In this document: positions 28,700 to 36,816 of the stretch, piece by piece | Layout: the number at the start of each line of letters is the position of its first letter | Position numbering within the stretch: the stretch's first letter is position 1 | IMG/VR virus record: IMGVR_UViG_3300022602_000033 | Reading direction: 5' to 3' (one strand) | Length of the DNA: 64,000 bases | Origin: a virus | Position numbers and translations under genes: made by a program | The notes under the pieces: model-generated | Database searches by the model: none | The model's input: the letters and a program-made list of their open reading frames with translations, nothing else | Told to the model about the DNA's origin: nothing

Positions 28700-29881
28700 T
28701 CAGGCAGCAAAAGTGCCATTGCCGGTGAAGGTGTGATACCAATAGCCGCCGCTGTTGACCACGGTACCGCCAGTGGCACGCTGAGTGGCATTGGCGTAGC
28801 GTATGATCACGATGCCTGACCCGCCTGTGCCACCATAGGTAGCAGTGACGTTGCTGGTGTTGTTGCTGCCGCCACCGCCGCCACCGCCAGTGTTGGCCGT
28901 GCCGTTTACACCGTTAGCAGTGCCGGCGCCACCGGCACCTCCGCCGCCATAACCACCTGCGGAAGACGAACCTTGGCTGGCCCCGCCACCACCGCCTCCT
29001 GCATACCAAAAGTTGAAAAAAGTGAGGCTGTTGCTGCTGGTTACCACGTTCTGGCCAGTGCCCGTGGCAGCACCCCATGCACTGAACATGTTGGTGCCGC
29101 GCCCACCAGCGCCGCCGCTGCTGCTGGCCGTGCCGTTATTACCAGGAGCGCTGGCACCACCACCGCCTCCGCAGCTGGTGGTGTTGTTGCTCTGACCTGT
29201 ACCAGTGTGCTGACCGCCGTATGATCCTTGGCCCGGAACACCGCCTGCACCAAGCAGGGTAGTGCTTGCTCCTGCGCCACCAGCTCCGCCACCACTGCCT
29301 CCGCCATAACCCGTGAAATCTGTATAGCTGCCGCCACCGCCGCCACCTATGGCTACCACAGCAGGAAAGCTGTTGCTGATCAAGCTGCTGTTGTTGCCGT
29401 TCTGGCCATATGCACCCTGAGGACCAAGACCGCCGCCTGCGCCGCCTAGGCCAACTGTCACGGTGATCACTGTGTAGCCTGCTGTGACTGGCACGCTGAA
29501 ACCAGATTGGAGGCCGCCTGCACCGCCACCTCCGCCACAGGCTGATGCATTGAATCCATTCCCGCCACCGCCGCCACCAGCTATGACCATGTAGTCTATG
29601 CTGTAGGTAGCTGAGCTGTTCACCACTGTGAAGCTCTGCCAAGCGCCCGGTGAGCCGTTGTAGAACTCCATGCTGCCCGTGGTGGTGTTGTAGCGCAACA
29701 TGCCATTGGTTGGTGCAGCAGGTCGCTGTGCCAGGGTACCCACAGGCATGATCAGAGCATCAGTCTTCTGGCTGATGTCCAAGCTGACCACGGGAGTGCT
29801 GCTGCCTATGCCCAGATTGCTGGTGCCCGTGAATCCGCCAGTTGTGGTGATGCCCTGCGAACCGTCTACTATGGTTGTCAT
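28700..29881 (-). CDS. Glycine-rich (polyglycine) tip fibre protein, class A N-terminus
   Basis: PVGTLAQRP; IAGGGGGG...GGGGAGG...ANTGGGGGG...GGSGIVIIRY. Confidence 0.8.
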   Translation of the reverse strand: MTTIVDGSQGITTTGGFTGTSNLGIGSSTPVVSLDISQKTDALIMPVGTLAQRPAAPTNGMLRYNTTTGSMEFYNGSPGAWQSFTVVNSSATYSIDYMVIAGGGGGGNGFNASACGGGGGAGGLQSGFSVPVTAGYTVITVTVGLGGAGGGLGPQGAYGQNGNNSSLISNSFPAVVAIGGGGGGSYTDFTGYGGGSGGGAGGAGASTTLLGAGGVPGQGSYGGQHTGTGQSNNTTSCGGGGGASAPGNNGTASSSGGAGGRGTNMFSAWGAATGTGQNVVTSSNSLTFFNFWYAGGGGGGASQGSSSAGGYGGGGAGGAGTANGVNGTANTGGGGGGGSNNTSNVTATYGGTGGSGIVIIRYANATQRATGGTVVNSGGYWYHTFTGNGTFAA

Positions 29882-29884
29882 GTG

Positions 29885-31051
29885 TTATAGCTCCGCACTA
29901 AACTGTAGATTAAAAGCATTAGTGGACGAATTAGATAACATAGTTGCTCCATTTGCTATGAATGAAGTACCAGCTATATTGAGTTGTAGATCAGTACCAT
30001 ACACTACTCCAAATGTCACAGAGGTAACTGTGCCGCCATAAAACAGATACCAAGTTCCACTACCTGTGATATTGAAACTGGTCAAAGATGGTGCAGTGCG
30101 CAAGGGTACTGGAATTGCTAGTTTCGCATATCCATTAGTTGTGTTATATGTCACAGCAATGAAACTGGCGCCAAACTGAGGTACTGTATACTGATAATAA
30201 TATCTCTGGCAAAGCGCCAGCTCTGTACCATACAGCCTGCGCTCAAAAGGTGTGGCCACTGGACCAGGTTCAAGCTGCACTCCTGTGATGTACACGCTGT
30301 CATCAGCACCTGCGGTGCCCACAGGATTAAAGAACAACACCACATTCATTTCTAGAACCCCTGCACCAACTGTGCCTGTATATGTGTATTTGGTCCACGC
30401 GGTGTTGATGGTGTTGGCAGCATTGATTGGGTTACTTACTCCTGTCCAGTTGTAGTATGCGCTGCTTCCCTGATCGGCCACTGTGCCAGTGTTGACCTGC
30501 ACACCCAGATACGGCGCACTGAAATTGGCGCCAGCTTTGGCCCAGAACGACAGAGTTATAGTTTGCCCAGAAAGATCATAGCAATTCACGCTCTCTATGG
30601 TCTGTATGATACAAAAAGGTGTGGTTACCACTGAACCAGATGGTCTCTGCAGCTTGAGACTGTACTGGAAAGCCGCACCTGTGACTGCAGGCACGCTGGT
30701 ATTCTGTGATATCTGTTGAACACCTGTGAAAGGACCGCCAGCCCACCTGTCCGCAGAGTAAGCATAACCCAGATTGGTAAATGCTGTACCTCTTTGCCAT
30801 ACCTGCATGCCACCATTGATCAGCCTGTTGCGCAAGAAGCTGCTGCCCATGATCACTGTGTTCAGCACGTTGACGTTGCCCTGCACGTCCAGCGTGGTCA
30901 CAGGTGCCGTGCTGTTGATGCCCACGTTGCCATTGCTGCCTATGTAGATGCCATTATTGCCGCCACCCTGCAGCTGCAGATTGCCGCTGGCATCGCTGAC
31001 AAAGCTGAGCCCGCCACCCGCCGTGGTCTGCGCGTTGATGAATGATGTCAT
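29885..31051 (-). CDS. Fibre/adhesin protein, CQRY-AEL family (class B N-terminus)
   Basis: MTSFINA.T..GG....DASGNLQLQ; RNRLING...CQRY...SAEL. Confidence 0.8.
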   Translation of the reverse strand: MTSFINAQTTAGGGLSFVSDASGNLQLQGGGNNGIYIGSNGNVGINSTAPVTTLDVQGNVNVLNTVIMGSSFLRNRLINGGMQVWQRGTAFTNLGYAYSADRWAGGPFTGVQQISQNTSVPAVTGAAFQYSLKLQRPSGSVVTTPFCIIQTIESVNCYDLSGQTITLSFWAKAGANFSAPYLGVQVNTGTVADQGSSAYYNWTGVSNPINAANTINTAWTKYTYTGTVGAGVLEMNVVLFFNPVGTAGADDSVYITGVQLEPGPVATPFERRLYGTELALCQRYYYQYTVPQFGASFIAVTYNTTNGYAKLAIPVPLRTAPSLTSFNITGSGTWYLFYGGTVTSVTFGVVYGTDLQLNIAGTSFIANGATMLSNSSTNAFNLQFSAEL

Positions 31052-31061
31052 GGACCACGCC

Positions 31062-31781
31062 TCATATGTAGTGTTCCTCTATGATGATGATGCCGTTGGC
31101 TCCAGCTGTGCCTCCCCTGTAACCGCCACTGCCGCCGCTGCCACCACTGCCAACTGAATAGGCATAGCTGGCTGCCACAGGATACACGATGCACTCTATG
31201 TAACCACCTGAGGCACCCCCTGATCCAGCATCTGCTTGCACGCTGCTGTAATAACATGCACCACCAGCGCCGCCTGATCCATATCCCGTGGCTGCTGCTG
31301 TTGCGTCAACCGTGTTCGCAGGCGCACCACCGCCAAAGGGGCTGTTACCTCCAGCGCCGCCGTAGCCATAGCTGGGGCTGTTCTTGACCTCACCTGGAGC
31401 GCCATATGCACCAACCAACGCAATCCCAGATGCACCGGCACCTATTGTAGCACTGCCCCCTGCTGCCACTTGATCGCTGCCCCCAACTCCACCTGCACCA
31501 CCATTGCAGGTCAGGAAGCTGGAACCAAATGTGGTCGCACCACCAGGTGACCCACCAGTAGCTGCTCCACCATTGTTGGAACCCGAGCCACCACCTCCTC
31601 CACCTCCAACCATGCGCACGCGCAACCATGCCACACCGCCGGGCACAGTATAGGTACCGCTGCCTGAAGTCACTATGGTCTGTGTGGGTGCTGCCAGCGT
31701 GAAGGTGGTGTTGCTGGCCACGTTTGGTGCTGCCAGAGTGACCGTGCCTGACGTGTTGCCTGCGAGAACCAGATTACCCAT
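31062..31781 (-). CDS. Glycine-rich tip protein, class C N-terminus
   Basis: MGNLVLAG.TSG.VTL.AP start (GAGG RBS favours 31781 over 31787); TSGSGTYTVP.GV....V..VGGGGGG...G.IIIEE. Confidence 0.78.
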   Translation of the reverse strand: MGNLVLAGNTSGTVTLAAPNVASNTTFTLAAPTQTIVTSGSGTYTVPGGVAWLRVRMVGGGGGGGSGSNNGGAATGGSPGGATTFGSSFLTCNGGAGGVGGSDQVAAGGSATIGAGASGIALVGAYGAPGEVKNSPSYGYGGAGGNSPFGGGAPANTVDATAAATGYGSGGAGGACYYSSVQADAGSGGASGGYIECIVYPVAASYAYSVGSGGSGGSGGYRGGTAGANGIIIIEEHYI

Positions 31782-31790
31782 GTGCATACC

Positions 31791-32819
31791 TCATAGTATC
31801 ACCCATCTCTGTCCTGGTGCCACGGTCACGCTCACGCCAGGTGCCATGTACATGGGACCCACCGACAGCGCGTTGACACCGCTGGTCACGTTGGCACTGA
31901 GGTTGATGTTGGCGCTGTTGAAGAACAGGCCGTTGCCTGCCACGAAGCTGTTGGCTACCACGTTGCCAGTGTTGGTTACCCTGAGACGCTCCACGTTGTT
32001 GGTCATCAAGCTGAGGTTGCCAGCTGTGTTCTGCCCAGTGTTGGTGCTGTCTATCACAGCACCCTGCGTGGCAGTGGCATAGCCAGCTATCCTGATCAGA
32101 CCGCTGGCCCCGCTCGCTATGTAGCCGTAGGCATTGTCGTTGGCTAACACATTGATCTTAGCGCCATAATTTCCCGGAATCGCCGTGCCTACGCCCACTC
32201 TCTGGGCTGAGTCCAGCACCATGGCGTTGCTGCCACCCGTGGCCAGCATCAGCGTGTTTGAGTTGATCAGGAAGAGGCCGTTGCCCGTGACTGGACCGTT
32301 GGTGGTCAAGCGGTAGCTGGTGGCGAACACATTGCCTGTTGCTGTGAGGTTACCGGTGATGTCCCAGCTGGGTCCACCAGTGCTCAGCGTGTTGGGATAC
32401 ACGGACCCTGTGGCCGGCACGTTCAGCGTGTTGGGTAGGTTGCTGAGCTCTATCTCTATGTTGGCGCCGTTGGGCGGAGGTGTGTTGAAGGTGATGTTGG
32501 TGCCGGTCCAGGTGTATTGGTTCTTGCGCTGGTACACGCCACCTATGAATATCTGCGTGTTCAGAGTGGTGCTGGCATTGTAGTTGCCAGTGCTGAAGCT
32601 GGTGGTCACGCCATCGCCGGTGTAGTCGTAGATGCTCATGCTGTTCACAGCAGAGGTCAGCTGGCTACCGTCTGCGAACAGTATGGCGTTGGTTACCTGC
32701 ACGTTGGCAGCGTTGATGTACTGCCCCACGGCCACGTTGGCCGTGAAGCCGGTCACAGAGACGTTGCTGTTGCTGGTGTTGGGCGCTACGTTAGCTAGGT
32801 TAAATGCGTTGCTGACCAT
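31791..32819 (-). CDS. Fibre adaptor: class E N-terminus, GVYQRK domain, C-terminal 'WVIL' domain
   Basis: AFNLANVA; IGGVYQRK; LSTGGPSWD; NALSVGP...VTV.PGQRWVIL. Confidence 0.78.
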   Translation of the reverse strand: MVSNAFNLANVAPNTSNSNVSVTGFTANVAVGQYINAANVQVTNAILFADGSQLTSAVNSMSIYDYTGDGVTTSFSTGNYNASTTLNTQIFIGGVYQRKNQYTWTGTNITFNTPPPNGANIEIELSNLPNTLNVPATGSVYPNTLSTGGPSWDITGNLTATGNVFATSYRLTTNGPVTGNGLFLINSNTLMLATGGSNAMVLDSAQRVGVGTAIPGNYGAKINVLANDNAYGYIASGASGLIRIAGYATATQGAVIDSTNTGQNTAGNLSLMTNNVERLRVTNTGNVVANSFVAGNGLFFNSANINLSANVTSGVNALSVGPMYMAPGVSVTVAPGQRWVIL

Positions 32820-32827
32820 GTTGCCGA

Positions 32828-32833
32828 TATTTA
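32828..32833 (-). promoter_or_regulatory. Late promoter core TAAATA within perfect inverted repeat
   Basis: GCCGATAAATATCGGC on - strand, 8 nt upstream of ATG 32819. Confidence 0.65.
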
Positions 32834-32895
32834 TCGGCGCGCGAGCAGGGCAGCGATGTCAGTGGCTATGATGTCTATGAGATAGATTAGGTCAG

Positions 32896-33090
32896 TCATC
32901 TGTTATCAGCCTTTTCTTCGCCCTGTGGATCATCTGCAGCATTGCTCTGTGCTACCCACTTGAGATATGCCGCATAATCACTGTTCAGAGGATCTGGCGG
33001 TATTCCCATGCTGCTGTCCTTGGCGTCGTTCAACCAACGTGTGATGCTCACTATCTCGTTGGTATCAGGATCTCGATTAATCTGATACAT
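32896..33090 (-). CDS. Small fibre-associated chaperone-like protein
   Basis: IP.DP.N.DY.AYL.W motif; GGAG RBS inside the end of the upstream fibre gene. Confidence 0.7.
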   Translation of the reverse strand: MYQINRDPDTNEIVSITRWLNDAKDSSMGIPPDPLNSDYAAYLKWVAQSNAADDPQGEEKADNR

Positions 33091-33091
33091 G

Positions 33092-34933
33092 TTAGATCTC
33101 CGCTTGGAATGCTATGAGGTTGGTGGCGTTCTGGGTGAATATGTAAATCACCGCTGCACCGCCAAACACCTGCGGACTGCCGCTGCCGCTGCCATACATG
33201 GTGTTGGTAGCTGCGTTGAAGTTTATCATGGCGCCGTTGATGCCCAGATAAGCAGTGTTGGTGGTGCCAAATGTGCCACTGCCTGGTCCGGGCCAGTTGC
33301 CTCCTATAGCAGTGCCACTGGGATTGGTATAGAGGAAGGTCGGCGCAGCTCTCATGGTAACTGGGAACGTAACATGTAGCAACAGGACAGTACCTGACAC
33401 GCTGCTGATTATGTGTCCTCCCGTGGCGTAGTTGGCACCGCTGTTGTTGGGACCCGCCGTGCCATTTACTATGTTGTAATAGTAGCGCTGGCATAGAGCC
33501 AGCTCTGTTTGATCCAATCTGCGCTCAAATGGGGTAGCCACGGTGCCAATCTCAAACTGTACTCCCGTGATGTACCAGTTGGCGCCAAGGTTGCTGACCA
33601 ACTGTGTCTGACCTGTGACACCCGCATTCGCTACGCTGCCCCATGAGCCGGCTGCACCTAACAGAGAACTTCCGGTACCAAGGCTCCATCGCACTGCCAG
33701 CAGGCCAGTGTTGGCAGTGCCTGTGGTAAACCATGTGCCGGTGACATCACCAGGGATGGTCACGGTCACGAAAGTCCATGTGTTAGCTGATGTTAAAGTG
33801 TAACTGAAAACATAGACTCTGGTGCCATTGCCATTGTTAAGGCTGCCGCCAAAAGTACCGGCGATGCTGCAGTACACCCAGAAGCTCAACGTAACAGGTT
33901 TGGCAGAGGTTGTGCCCCAGGCAAGATCGTACATGTTGTACCCCTCTATCCAATGCACCATTTCGTAATTGTAGGTAGTGGTGCTGAGAGGATCAGCTGT
34001 GGCCACCGTCAATCCCATGTAGTAGGCAAATCCCGCGGGCGGTGTCACGGAATTCCTGTTTTGTTGTGCAGTGAACACACCAGATCCCCAGGTACCGTTA
34101 CCACTGCGTGAGTTGAAACGATCCACCGGATATATGGATGTGGTATTCATCGTCACTGCTGCGCCGCCGTTGCGCTGGTCCACGGCCATGGCTCCGTTGA
34201 TGACCTTGTTCCTTGGACCAAGGCTTTGAGCAGTGTTAAATTGTGTAGCATCAGCAAAGCTCTGCGTGCCATTGATCTGTAGCGTGCTTATGGGGGCTGT
34301 GGTGCCAATACCTAAATTCCCAGTACCTGTGATGCGCATCACTTCGGCTATGGCTGTGCTACCGTTTGGTGTGGTGGAAAACACAAGCCCACCTCCGCGA
34401 GTGGTAGCTGACCAATTCTCAGTGGCTATGCCAGTTATCCATGCATTGCGTTGATAGGCCGTGCCATCATATCCACCAACCTGATAATAACCCAGCGTGT
34501 CGCCACTCAGCACTGCTGTGGGCGCGGCCTGAGTACCGCGTGCTGCGAATGCTGAGAAAACTGGTGTTCCTACGCCTGCCACACCGGCAGATCGAATGAC
34601 TATGCGTTCAGTGTTGCTTTGGCCTTGTATCAATATCGCCGGGGAACCTGCAGCGATGACCGCAGAGCTCTGCACCGTCAATGGTGCAGTTGGTGTGCCA
34701 GTGGCTATGCCAACATTGCCATTGGCATCAACGATGACCTGTGCTGCACCATTGGTGGCCAGAGCCAAGCTGTTGGCAGCGTTGGCATAGATTCCCACTG
34801 GTGGTGGCAGGGTGCCCGTGACACTCACGTTGCCCGCAGCGATGTTGCCAGCGTTGATGTTGCCAGCATAGAGGCTGCTGCTGGTGAACAGCGTGGTCTG
34901 GTTGATCATGGTGCCTGCGACGTAATCGGTCAT
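33092..34933 (-). CDS. Fibre/adhesin protein, class D N-terminus, CQRY-AEI family
   Basis: MTDYVAGTMI; ARGT.AAPTAV..GD.LG shaft domain; RNKVING...CQRY...QAEI. Confidence 0.8.
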   Translation of the reverse strand: MTDYVAGTMINQTTLFTSSSLYAGNINAGNIAAGNVSVTGTLPPPVGIYANAANSLALATNGAAQVIVDANGNVGIATGTPTAPLTVQSSAVIAAGSPAILIQGQSNTERIVIRSAGVAGVGTPVFSAFAARGTQAAPTAVLSGDTLGYYQVGGYDGTAYQRNAWITGIATENWSATTRGGGLVFSTTPNGSTAIAEVMRITGTGNLGIGTTAPISTLQINGTQSFADATQFNTAQSLGPRNKVINGAMAVDQRNGGAAVTMNTTSIYPVDRFNSRSGNGTWGSGVFTAQQNRNSVTPPAGFAYYMGLTVATADPLSTTTYNYEMVHWIEGYNMYDLAWGTTSAKPVTLSFWVYCSIAGTFGGSLNNGNGTRVYVFSYTLTSANTWTFVTVTIPGDVTGTWFTTGTANTGLLAVRWSLGTGSSLLGAAGSWGSVANAGVTGQTQLVSNLGANWYITGVQFEIGTVATPFERRLDQTELALCQRYYYNIVNGTAGPNNSGANYATGGHIISSVSGTVLLLHVTFPVTMRAAPTFLYTNPSGTAIGGNWPGPGSGTFGTTNTAYLGINGAMINFNAATNTMYGSGSGSPQVFGGAAVIYIFTQNATNLIAFQAEI

Positions 34934-34936
34934 TGC

Positions 34937-35314
34937 TTAGGTCCTTGGTTTCCAGGTTCTGCTGTCTTCATCCCAGTCATATCGGTTGCCATCTGCGGGA
35001 TATGCAACTGGTGCTGTCCATAGCCAATTGGTGGCTGAGCTGATGGTCCATGATGCATATGGCCGCGGCGGGTAGAACACGTCATTGGCACGATCATAAA
35101 CATAGCCCAAGCCTGCATAATTGCCTCGCAATGGTGGATTGATGTCGCTGTCATCTGCTCCAGTGTGAGGATCGTAATGCCTGTTGCCGCGAGTGTTGTA
35201 GCTGGTCTGTATCCATTCACCTGGGCTAGTATCCACGAAGGTATCGAAGAAGCTGGCTTCAGCCACCAGCATGTCAACCACCCTGTCATCTCGCACTTTA
35301 GCCCAATGTCCCAT
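34937..35314 (-). CDS. Small protein accompanying Gly-rich fibre (putative chaperone)
   Basis: True start MGHWAKV at 35314; WIQTSYN...R.NYAG.G..YD...D.F..P.PY.SW...W.APV.YP...Y.WDE. Confidence 0.75.
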   Translation of the reverse strand: MGHWAKVRDDRVVDMLVAEASFFDTFVDTSPGEWIQTSYNTRGNRHYDPHTGADDSDINPPLRGNYAGLGYVYDRANDVFYPPRPYASWTISSATNWLWTAPVAYPADGNRYDWDEDSRTWKPRT

Positions 35315-35331
35315 TTCTCTTATCTTCCCTA

Positions 35332-36816
35332 TCAGCCACCGGTGGTATAGCGTATTATCACGATGCCACTGCCACCGTTGCCACCGTTGTTTGGAGTGGT
35401 TCCACCGCCACCGCCACCGCTGCCTGTGTTTGCTAACGCTGCAGTACCCGGTCCAGCTCCGGGGCTTGATCCTCGACCGCCACCACCTTTGCCACCTACT
35501 CCCCAATATAAACCAGTATCGCTGGTAGCCCCACCACCACCAGCTATCCAACGATTGCCGTCAACTTCTAAGTTACCAGTGCCAGTAGCACTGAGGAAGT
35601 TACCAACAGCGCTGTCAACTAAACCATTGCCTCCATAACCATATGTTGTTGAGCCAGCCGACCATCCACTGGCCACGCCGTTACCTCCCACAGCACCTGC
35701 TCCACCACCGCCGCTAGCCCCGCTGTAATCATTGCTGTTGCCAGTGTTGTTGGCCCCAGTCCCGCCATTGTTACCCTGTCCAGCCGTGCCAACAGCGGTG
35801 GTTCCAAGGTTGCTGGTTGTACCACCACCTGATCCACCAGAAGTCCCTGCTATACCAGTCCAACTGCCGCCTCCTCCGCCGCCTATGGCTGTGAGACCAA
35901 AGGCTGTGCTGTTAGTGCCACTTCCGCCAACGATATTAGCACCACTACCACCTGTCCCACCAGGCCCAACAGTTACAGTATAGCTAAGAACCGACACTGC
36001 AGCAGTAGTGAATATCAATCCACCAGCACCTCCACCTCCGCCCACGTCCCAGCCTCCACCGCCACCGCCTGCTACGATCAACACTGTAACTGTAGTGCTG
36101 CCTTTGGTAACTGTGAACGTACCAGAACCCGTGAACACATGATAGGTGAAACCTCCAGTAGTAACGATGCTGTTACCTCCTGTAGCTGCAAATGATGTCT
36201 TGATAGTAAACCATATAGATCCGTCGTATCCTTCCACGCTGGTGTTGGATGTGTTCCAGCGTATGGTGCCAGCAGGAGGGCTGGCCGGTCGTTGTGCTAG
36301 GGTGCCAGATGGCAAGGCCAGACCATCCGTGCGCTGGCTGATGTCAAGTGCTACCACAGGAGTGGTACTGGTTATGCCTAGATTGCCAGTGTTGCCCACG
36401 GTCATCAGCTGCACGAAGACGTTGCTGTACACGTGGAAAGGACTGCTGCCATCCCCGCCAATGTATCCGCCACCTACGGTATCGTTGCTTCTGAACAATC
36501 CCAGTTGCGCACTGCCCGTATTAATTGTGAAACGCGGATATCCATTCACATCGCTGCTGACGAAGCTAGCAAATCCGTCCACAACATTGAGCTTAGCAGT
36601 AGGCGAAGTTGAGTTGATACCAACCTTACCATTCGCATCAATCACCATCACCTGCGTGTTGTTGGTTGCGAATCCCAGCTGATTGGTGTTAGGACTAAAC
36701 AACCCCACGCTGGGCAAGCTGTTGGCAGTCACGCTCACGTTGGCTGCGATCACGGCTCCCGTGGTAACCACGTTGGCGTTGCCCTGCAGCATGTATCCTG
36801 GGACGAAGCTGGTCAT
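35332..36816 (-). CDS. Glycine-rich tip fibre protein, class D N-terminus
   Basis: MTSFVPGYML; PSGTLAQRP; ATGG...YHVFT.SGTF; poly-Gly runs; GGSGIVIIRY. Confidence 0.8.
   Translation of the reverse strand: MTSFVPGYMLQGNANVVTTGAVIAANVSVTANSLPSVGLFSPNTNQLGFATNNTQVMVIDANGKVGINSTSPTAKLNVVDGFASFVSSDVNGYPRFTINTGSAQLGLFRSNDTVGGGYIGGDGSSPFHVYSNVFVQLMTVGNTGNLGITSTTPVVALDISQRTDGLALPSGTLAQRPASPPAGTIRWNTSNTSVEGYDGSIWFTIKTSFAATGGNSIVTTGGFTYHVFTGSGTFTVTKGSTTVTVLIVAGGGGGGWDVGGGGGAGGLIFTTAAVSVLSYTVTVGPGGTGGSGANIVGGSGTNSTAFGLTAIGGGGGGSWTGIAGTSGGSGGGTTSNLGTTAVGTAGQGNNGGTGANNTGNSNDYSGASGGGGAGAVGGNGVASGWSAGSTTYGYGGNGLVDSAVGNFLSATGTGNLEVDGNRWIAGGGGATSDTGLYWGVGGKGGGGRGSSPGAGPGTAALANTGSGGGGGGTTPNNGGNGGSGIVIIRYTTGG

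Noticed and set aside
35315-35551. Trp/Arg-rich N-terminal extension of ORF 34937..35551
   Set aside because: It is an off-frame reading of poly-Gly codons of the upstream gene. The start at 35314 fits the family motif.
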